From contig CAWJCS010000006.1 of the NCBI GenBank assembly GCA_963841435.1, positions 1,504,001-1,568,000 of the forward strand: a stretch of 64,000 nt of DNA, in the 5' to 3' direction. The position numbers and the translations under genes are program-made. Of this stretch, positions 1-6,837 are shown in pieces. Position 1 is the first letter of the stretch, and every line of letters begins with the position of its first letter. The notes beneath the pieces are model-generated. The model ran no database searches, was not told where the DNA came from, and was given only the letters and a program-made list of their open reading frames with translations. This stretch comes from an uncultured delta proteobacterium. GTDB taxonomy: Bacteria; Myxococcota_A; Polyangia; Polyangiales; Polyangiaceae.

Positions 1-980
1 CGCTCGGTGCGGCGGCGGCATTCGCGCTGGCGCTTTTCGCCAAGGAGAGCTCGGTGGTGCTGGTGCCGCTCGTCGGGGTGACGTGGCTCCTTTTGCCTCG
101 TCTACGTGGTGCGATAGGTCGCCGTAAGAAGACGCTCTTCGCGCTCGGTGTGGCGGGGGTCGGCTGGGCGCTGTGGCGCGTGCCGCTTTTTGCTCTCGGT
201 GACGACATTCCCGTCGCGCCGGCGCGCGGCGCCGTCCAGCTGATCCTCAGAGCGTGCCGCTACGAGGTCGAGGCCGTCCGACACGCCGTTCTGCCCTTTT
301 CGTTCTCGCCCGACCGCTTCCTCTTGCCGGACGCGAGCCCCCTCGTGGTCGTCCCGCTCGCCGCCATTCTGGTCGCTGTGTGGACGATGCGGTCGGCCCG
401 GGGTGGGAAAACGGCGGCCCTCGCCGGCGCCATCGCGCTCACGGCGCCGCTCGGCACGTCTCCCCTCGTCGGTCCGTTCAACGAGATTGCGGACCGCTAC
501 TTCTTCCTGGGTATCCTCGGCGGCGGCCTGTTCTGGGGGTTTTTGCTCGACGAGGCCACGCGTCTGAGGAGCCTGCCGGTGCCGCGCGCGGCGCTCGCCC
601 TCGCCTGCCTGCCGATGGTCGTTTCGACCTGGCAGGCGACGCGCATCTGGCGTGACGACCGGACATTGTGGACCGCAGCCGTGGAGCTCTCGCCGCGCTC
701 GCCCCGCGCGCTGACAGCCATAGCGCGCGTCGAACGGCTCGACGGGCACCACGGCGCTGCCGCCGAAGCGATCGAGAGAGCGCTCGCCCTCGACCCTCGC
801 TACGCACCGGCGCTCGTGACCCGCATCTACGGCGACCTCGCCGCCGGCCGCGTCGAGGAAGCGCGGCGCCACCTCGCCGAGCTGCCCGCGCTCGGCATGT
901 CGAACGTGCGTGGCCTCCTTCGAGCACGACGCTGTGCCGCTCTCGAGCGCGACGCCGCACGCGCTTGCATCGCGAAGTAG
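1..980 (+). CDS. TMTC-like membrane glycosyltransferase / TPR protein (5' partial)
   Basis: Open frame from the window edge. Several TM segments, KES motif, ADRYFF motif and WRDDRTLW..A...P.S.RA followed by TPR-like helices, as in bacterial TMTC/GT-C-TPR proteins. Confidence 0.6.
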   Translation, partial: LGAAAAFALALFAKESSVVLVPLVGVTWLLLPRLRGAIGRRKKTLFALGVAGVGWALWRVPLFALGDDIPVAPARGAVQLILRACRYEVEAVRHAVLPFSFSPDRFLLPDASPLVVVPLAAILVAVWTMRSARGGKTAALAGAIALTAPLGTSPLVGPFNEIADRYFFLGILGGGLFWGFLLDEATRLRSLPVPRAALALACLPMVVSTWQATRIWRDDRTLWTAAVELSPRSPRALTAIARVERLDGHHGAAAEAIERALALDPRYAPALVTRIYGDLAAGRVEEARRHLAELPALGMSNVRGLLRARRCAALERDAARACIAK

Positions 981-1026
981 CGTTGCACCCCCGCCGAGCG
1001 CGACGCCCCGCCAAGCGCGACGGCGC

Positions 1027-1794
1027 TCAGAGCACGTACTGGTCGCCGATGGCGGTGACGGTGAGGTTCACGCCCTTGAGCTTCGCGACCTCCTGCTCCA
1101 CCTCGGCCTGGAAGACGGGCTTGATGTGGTAGAGGAGCGCCGGCAGGTCCTTCGGGCGCGCGTATTTCTTGAGATCCTTCAGCAGTGTACGCGGCGTGTG
1201 ATGGCCGCTCACCGTGGCAAGGCGCTGTTCCCGGTTGGGAAAGCTCACTTCGAGTAGGAGGGCCTTGAGGTTCTTTTCCTTGTTCAGGAGCTCCCAGAGA
1301 CGGTCGGTCGGCCCGGTGTCGCCGCTGTAGGCGATCGTCGCGTCAGGGCCCTCGATGATGAATCCGGCCGACTCGATGGTGTGGTTCACGAGCACGGGCC
1401 GCACGGTGTACTCGCCGAGCACGACCTTGCGCTCGGGCTTTAGCTCCAAGAACTTGAGCGTGGGGCGCGCCTTGTTGGGGATCTCGGTGAAGTCGGGCCA
1501 CAGCAGGTTATTGAAGAAGTGTTTCTTCAGCACCCTGAGCGTCGCACCCGTGCCCGCGACGATGAGCGGCTCGCAATCCGCCTGGCAGCGATTGTCGGCG
1601 ATCGTCGCGAGGTCGCGGATGTGGTCGAGGTGGGCATGGCTCACCAAGCAGGCGTTGAGACGGAATTGCGCACCGAGATCGAGTCCGCTCGTGAGCGACC
1701 CCGCATCGATGGCGAGGTGCTCGTTCACGACGAAAGCGCTCGTGCGGTGCGTCGGGGTTTCCCCGCCGTGGCAACCTATGACCCGGAGCTCCAT
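1027..1794 (-). CDS. Class II 3',5'-cyclic nucleotide phosphodiesterase (metallo-beta-lactamase fold)
   Basis: GCHGG N-terminus, IDAG, SHAHLDH metal motif, NH, SGDT, EVSFPN, GHHTP and YHIKP motifs. Confidence 0.8.
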   Translation of the reverse strand: MELRVIGCHGGETPTHRTSAFVVNEHLAIDAGSLTSGLDLGAQFRLNACLVSHAHLDHIRDLATIADNRCQADCEPLIVAGTGATLRVLKKHFFNNLLWPDFTEIPNKARPTLKFLELKPERKVVLGEYTVRPVLVNHTIESAGFIIEGPDATIAYSGDTGPTDRLWELLNKEKNLKALLLEVSFPNREQRLATVSGHHTPRTLLKDLKKYARPKDLPALLYHIKPVFQAEVEQEVAKLKGVNLTVTAIGDQYVL

Positions 1795-1953
1795 CGGGCG
1801 GGCGGACAGTATCCCGGCTGGTCACCGCTGGTCAAAGCGGGCCTCCCCGGGCACCCTTCGCCCAAGGGGTACTTGCTCGAGCCGCCGATTGGCGCTAAAA
1901 GCCGCCCCCTGTTCGGGTCATCCCGAACTGTTTCGCCAACCCCTGGATAGTCT

Positions 1954-2024
1954 TGGGGGATCGTCTAACGGCAGGACGCAAGATTCTGGCTCTTGCTATC
2001 TAGGTTCGAATCCTAGTCCCCCAG
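1954..2024 (+). tRNA. tRNA-Gln (anticodon CTG)
   Basis: Acceptor stem TGGGGGA/TCCCCCA, anticodon arm CAAGA-TTCTGGC-TCTTG, T arm CTAGG-TTCGAAT-CCTAG. CCA not encoded. Confidence 0.95.
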
Positions 2025-2046
2025 CCCCGCACCGTTTTCTCTGTCA

Positions 2047-2118
2047 GGCCCCATCGTCTAGCGGTTAGGACATCGGCCTCTCACGCCGGTAACGCGAGTT
2101 CGATTCTCGCTGGGGTCA
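2047..2118 (+). tRNA. tRNA-Glu (anticodon CTC)
   Basis: Acceptor stem GGCCCCA/TGGGGTC, anticodon arm TCGGC-CTCTCAC-GCCGG, T arm GCGAG-TTCGATT-CTCGC. Confidence 0.95.
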
Positions 2119-2123
2119 CTAGC

Positions 2124-2159
2124 CCGGAAAGCCCGCGAAGGGTCGCGCGGGCTTTCCGG
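2124..2159. terminator. Long hairpin between the convergent tRNA pair and histone gene (putative bidirectional terminator)
   Basis: CCGGAAAGCCCGCG ... CGCGGGCTTTCCGG 14-bp inverted repeat; no clear U-tract. Confidence 0.6.
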
Positions 2160-2175
2160 ACCGGTTCCGGCCTGC

Positions 2176-2418
2176 TCAGACGCCGTCGGCTGCCGGCGGG
2201 GGCTCGCTCTTGAGGTCGCGCTCGAGCACGGTCTTGCGGCCGTCGGACTTCGCGCTCTCGATCGCCTGATCGCAGAGACGCCGAACGTGCTCGGACAACA
2301 CCGGCACGACGCCGTCGGACGTGTTCATGCCGGACTTGGCACGGATGTAGGCCTTCACCTTCGAGATGACGATCAGGACGGCTTCGGCTTCGGCTTGTTT
2401 CGTTGCTTCGTCGCTCAC
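2176..2418 (-). CDS. Bacterial histone (Bd0055/HBb-like single histone fold)
   Basis: VLIVISKVKAYIRAKSGMNTSDGVVPVLSEHVRRLCDQAIESAKSDGRKTVLERD carries the histone-fold RKTVxxxD signature. GGAGGAG SD lies 6 nt before GTG at 2418 (the ORF track's TTG start at 2433 overlaps the SD). Confidence 0.85.
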   Translation of the reverse strand: MSDEATKQAEAEAVLIVISKVKAYIRAKSGMNTSDGVVPVLSEHVRRLCDQAIESAKSDGRKTVLERDLKSEPPPAADGV

Positions 2419-2466
2419 GGTTATCTCCTCCAAAGGCGAGACGATGGACCAGGATGAGGCGTCGCG

Positions 2467-3292
2467 CTACTCCTCTCGCAGCTGCCACGGCCGGCCGGCC
2501 GTGCCCGAGCGCTGGCGCGCGAGCCAATCGAGCACCGCGTCCGCCCACGCTTCACGGCCCTCATCGCTCGGGTGGATCTTATCGCTCTTTCTGGCGAGAT
2601 CTTGCACGATTTTGTCGGAATCGAGGTAGCGGCAGGGCGCCACATTGCGCTCGATCACGTCGAGCACGCCGCTATCTTTCTTCCAGCGCGGGGGCGAGAT
2701 CCACACGCAAGGGCGACCTTCCAGCCGTTCGACCAGTCGTTGGACGGAGTGGGCGCGCTGCTCGGGATTCGTGAGGTCGAACTCGTTCGCGCCGAGCGTG
2801 ATCAGCACGAGATCGGGGGAATACTTCGCCACGTAATCCGAGAGCTCCCTGCCCGATGCCCAGGTGGGGATGTAGCTCGAACGTCTGGTACTCGAGCACG
2901 CTGCGGAGGCCGCGGTCCTTGAAGCGTTTGCCGAGTGGCACGCCGAGCGCGCCCGCGAAGGAGTCGCCCACGTGCAGCACCAGCGTGCCCTTCGGCAGCT
3001 CGGGCGGCGGAGCGGGTGGGCGCGGGCGAGCGCGTCGCGCGCCGTTGCCGGGTCCTGCCACGGGCCCGTGAGCTGCCGGCGCGGGATCGGGCGCGGGCGC
3101 CGCTGCGGGGGGCGGGCTCGTCGTCACGGTGACGGAGGCCGGCGGGGCGGCGAGCGGCGCGGCGCGCTCACGCGCAGGCTCGCCGGCGGTCGGCGTCGCC
3201 GCGGGAAGCGAGCCCGCGCTGCACGCGCCGAGCAAAAGACTCACGGACAGCAGGTGCTGTTCCAGCCGACTCCAACGTCTCGGTTTTTGCAT
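2467..3292 (-). CDS. SGNH/GDSL hydrolase lipoprotein, split by a +1 frameshift near 2881
   Basis: Lipobox LGAC, Pro/Ala linker and VGDS in the upstream frame; LGANE and DKIH in the downstream frame. Removing one base at 2880-2881 gives continuous ...EYQTSSYIPTWASG... Confidence 0.75.
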
Positions 3293-6200
3293 CCGACTCG
3301 ACCGCTCACGAGGTTCCGCGCCTTGTGGCTCCCGCCCACGTAGCGGAAGGCATGCGGTCGGTCACGGGAATTTTTGCGGCAGTCCTCGTCGAACTCCGCG
3401 GAGCGCTCGCGGCGCACTTCGCGTGCCAGCGCCTCAACGTCTTCGATCACGGGCTCTTCCGGCACCTCGGTCCGGCAACCGTGGCCGGGGTCCTCGACGT
3501 AGCCCGGAGCGCAGCGGGGCTCCCCCGCACGGGCGCAGCGCACGCCGTTGAAGGGCTGATCGCCCGGGCACGCTCGGTCGTGAACGCCGTGGCGGCAGTG
3601 GCCGGCCGACTCCACGCCGAACGGGCACAGGCTCGTGTCCGGCGTCTTTGCGCAGCGAAATCCGAGGTGCGGGCCGCTGTCGCGCGGCGGCGCGCGGTCG
3701 CGCAGGCGCGTGTGCATCCACTTCTCGAAGCGTCGGCTGAAGCTTCCGCCCCGGTAGATCTTGGCAAAGCCGTCGCTCGGCGGCCACGGGTAGCGGCCGT
3801 ACCAGTCGGCCGTCCATTCCCAGACGTTGCCGCTCACGTCGTAGAGGCCAAACGGCCCGGGCGCGAAGCTTTTCACTTCGCACGTGCCCGGGTGGTTGTA
3901 GCAAGCGTGACCTTCGGGAGGGTCGTCGCCCCACGGGTACTTCAGATAGCGATCGCCGCCGCGCGCCGCGTACTCGAACTCGGCTTCGCTCGGTAGGCGC
4001 GCGCCCAGCGCCGTGCAGTACGCGTCGGCAAGCGCCCAGTCGATGCAATTCATCGGATGCAAGGCGCGCTCGGGTCTTCCGTAATTGCAGAGGATCTTTT
4101 GGGTGGGTGCGGCGGGCTGGCAGGCGCTGCGCGAAACGCAGGCCGCGTAGTCAGCGGCCGTGACCTCGGTACGATCGAGGCAGAACGGAGCGAGCTCCGT
4201 GAGGAAGCGCGGGCTCTCGTCGTCGGCGAAACCTTCCGACGGCTCGGCCCCGACCCAGAACTTTCCTCCGGGTAAGAGGGCCATGCCCTGAGGGCACTCG
4301 GGGGCCCGCTCTGCTTTCGGCCCAGGCTTGGGCGGCGGCGCTCCGGCGCTCGACGCCGCTTTTTCGGCACCGATCGGCGGCGTCGGTAGCGAGAACGTGC
4401 GGGCGACGAGGCGCGCGAGGCCGGCACGCCGCGCCGGGAGCGTGCCCTCGTCGGCGAGGGCCAAAGCGAGATCGTGCGTGGCGACGGTGCGGTCACCGAG
4501 CGCGCACGCGACGATGACGCGAAGGCGCAGCGTTTCGCGGCGTACGCTCGCGAGCGAGGGTTCGAGCGACAGCGCGCGGTCCAGGTAGGGCGCCGCCTCC
4601 GCGTAGCGCGCCGCGTTGAACAGGTTTCGCCCGATGAGGTACGGCGGCACGTCCGCCTTGGGATCGGCGTCAGCCCAGGCCTGGATGAGCGGTGCCGCGA
4701 CGTCCCAGGAAGGCCCCCGCTCGGTGTCGCCGATCAGGAGCGCGACGACGGCGCCCTCCCCCTCGCCTCCCGCGGCGGCGGCCTTCACGTCGAGGGTGCG
4801 CGCCCGATCCTCGTCGAACACGAGCGCGAGCGCGGTCGCATAGTGCCTTTTTGCCGCGTCGGCGTGGCCACGGCCGAGCTCGATGTCGCCGCTCGTCTCG
4901 AGCGCACGGATCACGCCGGGGCGCGGGACCTCGGCGCTCTTGGCGAGCTCGGCATACCCCGAAAGTGCGCCATCGAGCTCCCCCTTCCGGAGCGCGCAGG
5001 CCGCGAGCCCGAAGCGAGCGTCGACGTTGCCGGGATCGAGCGACAAGGCCTCGTGAAATGCCTGGCTGGCGCCGCTGGGATCGCCGCTGCCGAGCCGCTC
5101 GTTCGCCTGCTGAAGCACGCGATCCACGATGCGCGGGCAGGTGCGCTCGAACAGCGTGGGCCGCTCGAAGCGAGCCTTGGCGACGGCGAGCGCGCGCTCG
5201 GGGATCGTCCGTGACCCCAGCGCCGCGCGAAAGTCGCGCTCGAGGTCGGCGAGGCTCTTACCGTGCGCCACGCGCTCGAGCGGCTCGCCGCCGTACCACG
5301 CGCGCAGCGCAGCAGCGCCGTACCGTTGCCTCACGAAGTCGACGAAGGCGCCGGCGACGGTGTAGGCCTTGGAAGCGCTCTCCGCGAGAAAATCGAGCCG
5401 CAAAAGGCTCGCGAGCGGCGGCAAAACACCGAGCTTTTGCATGGCGGCCGCCCAGTCCTCTTTCGAGAGCTCGTCGTCGTCGTCCGGGGCCGCCGCCACG
5501 GCGAAGCCTTCGATGCGACCCGGATCGGGAATGAAGCCGCCGAGCGGGCCGGCGACCCGAAACGGGCCCCGCGCGAACGTTCCGGCGACGACGTGCGCGA
5601 GCTCGTGCTGGATCACCGGGTGGGGATAGGGCGCCGCCTCGACGTACACTTCCTGTCGCCAGGGTTTCGCGATCTGCGTGTGGGAAGCGCCCATCAGGAA
5701 GCCCTTCTCGGCGGCGTTCGCGAACAGGTAGACGCGCACGTGCTCGGGACCGCGCGCGCCGAAGTACGCCTCCACGGGGGGCAGATCGCGGTCGCAGTCC
5801 TTCGCGAAGCGCTCGGCATCGATGCGGGCGATGGCCCGCGAGTGCACCACGTCGCAGCGGCGGCCCACGACGTGCCCGCCGAGGGCCGCTTCGATCGACC
5901 CGGCGCTGCTCCAATGTCCGAAGCGCGGTCCCGCGAGGCAGTGGGCGGCGCTCGCCAGGGCCGCGAGGAGCGCGAGAGCGCTAGTGCCCGGGCGGTCGAA
6001 AAGCGCGCGGCGGCCGCGGCCGGCGAGGGCGAGCTCGAGCACCGGTGCGGCCAAACCGAGCGCGGTGAGCGTCGCGAGCGTCCCGAGCCGGTAGGTCGAG
6101 AGCCGGTCCACGACGTTGACGATGGTGTCGTAGAGCGGCCCGGCGAATACGCCGAAGAACGGGTCGAAGCCGAAGACCATGGGGCTCGTCATGAAGCGCC

Positions 6201-6684
6201 AGAGGCTCACGGCGATGCCGAGGAGCGGCCCCGCAATCGCGAGCAGCACCGCCACGAGTCGGGGCCGCGGGGGCGCCCACCGGGCCACGACGAGGCCGCC
6301 GAGCGCCCCGCAGGCGCCTCCCAGCATCGCCCCCGGGGCCGGGCCGAGCGCGTAGATGACGACCCCCTCGCTCGGGTCGCAGAAGCCCACCCGGAGGCCA
6401 TGCAAGAGCACGATGAGCAGGCCGAGCAACGAGAGCCCGAGCCCCACGAGCACGCCGCGCGAAAGCGCGGCCGTCGGGCGAAGGCGCTCGCCGAGCACCT
6501 CGAGCGCCGTCACCACGCCCGCGGCCGGCGGCAGTACGAGCCCTGCCGCGAGCGCCGCCTCGTAGCCTGGTCCGCCGAACTGGGGCAGGAGCCCGACGCC
6601 CGCGAGCGTCGCCGCCGTCAACGCCGAACCAACCCGGCGGGCGCGGCCGCCCGCGACTAGCGCCCATGGAAAGGCCCTCGCCAT
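3241..6684 (-). CDS. Multi-TM protein with HExxH peptidase-like region, TPRs and FGE-sulfatase (SUMF1/EgtB) domain
   Basis: N-terminal TM helices, HELAH...EGFA, TPR-like helices, CPQGM..LDRTEVT..RLPSEAEFEYAARG..YDVSGNVWEW..GFRC FGE motifs, Cys-rich tail. Confidence 0.75.
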   Translation of the reverse strand: MARAFPWALVAGGRARRVGSALTAATLAGVGLLPQFGGPGYEAALAAGLVLPPAAGVVTALEVLGERLRPTAALSRGVLVGLGLSLLGLLIVLLHGLRVGFCDPSEGVVIYALGPAPGAMLGGACGALGGLVVARWAPPRPRLVAVLLAIAGPLLGIAVSLWRFMTSPMVFGFDPFFGVFAGPLYDTIVNVVDRLSTYRLGTLATLTALGLAAPVLELALAGRGRRALFDRPGTSALALLAALASAAHCLAGPRFGHWSSAGSIEAALGGHVVGRRCDVVHSRAIARIDAERFAKDCDRDLPPVEAYFGARGPEHVRVYLFANAAEKGFLMGASHTQIAKPWRQEVYVEAAPYPHPVIQHELAHVVAGTFARGPFRVAGPLGGFIPDPGRIEGFAVAAAPDDDDELSKEDWAAAMQKLGVLPPLASLLRLDFLAESASKAYTVAGAFVDFVRQRYGAAALRAWYGGEPLERVAHGKSLADLERDFRAALGSRTIPERALAVAKARFERPTLFERTCPRIVDRVLQQANERLGSGDPSGASQAFHEALSLDPGNVDARFGLAACALRKGELDGALSGYAELAKSAEVPRPGVIRALETSGDIELGRGHADAAKRHYATALALVFDEDRARTLDVKAAAAGGEGEGAVVALLIGDTERGPSWDVAAPLIQAWADADPKADVPPYLIGRNLFNAARYAEAAPYLDRALSLEPSLASVRRETLRLRVIVACALGDRTVATHDLALALADEGTLPARRAGLARLVARTFSLPTPPIGAEKAASSAGAPPPKPGPKAERAPECPQGMALLPGGKFWVGAEPSEGFADDESPRFLTELAPFCLDRTEVTAADYAACVSRSACQPAAPTQKILCNYGRPERALHPMNCIDWALADAYCTALGARLPSEAEFEYAARGGDRYLKYPWGDDPPEGHACYNHPGTCEVKSFAPGPFGLYDVSGNVWEWTADWYGRYPWPPSDGFAKIYRGGSFSRRFEKWMHTRLRDRAPPRDSGPHLGFRCAKTPDTSLCPFGVESAGHCRHGVHDRACPGDQPFNGVRCARAGEPRCAPGYVEDPGHGCRTEVPEEPVIEDVEALAREVRRERSAEFDEDCRKNSRDRPHAFRYVGGSHKARNLVSGRVGCKNRDVGVGWNSTCCP

Positions 6685-6837
6685 TCTCTCGCTCGTGACC
6701 CAATCAGGTCTGGCGGGGCGAAGCCCCTACCCGACACGACGTTTGAGTCTGGCAAGGGCAGAGCTCCCGTCGAGATCCGGCCCGTTCGGCCGACGACAGA
6801 CTGGACCTGTTCGTCACGGAAAATATCGGCTGATCGG

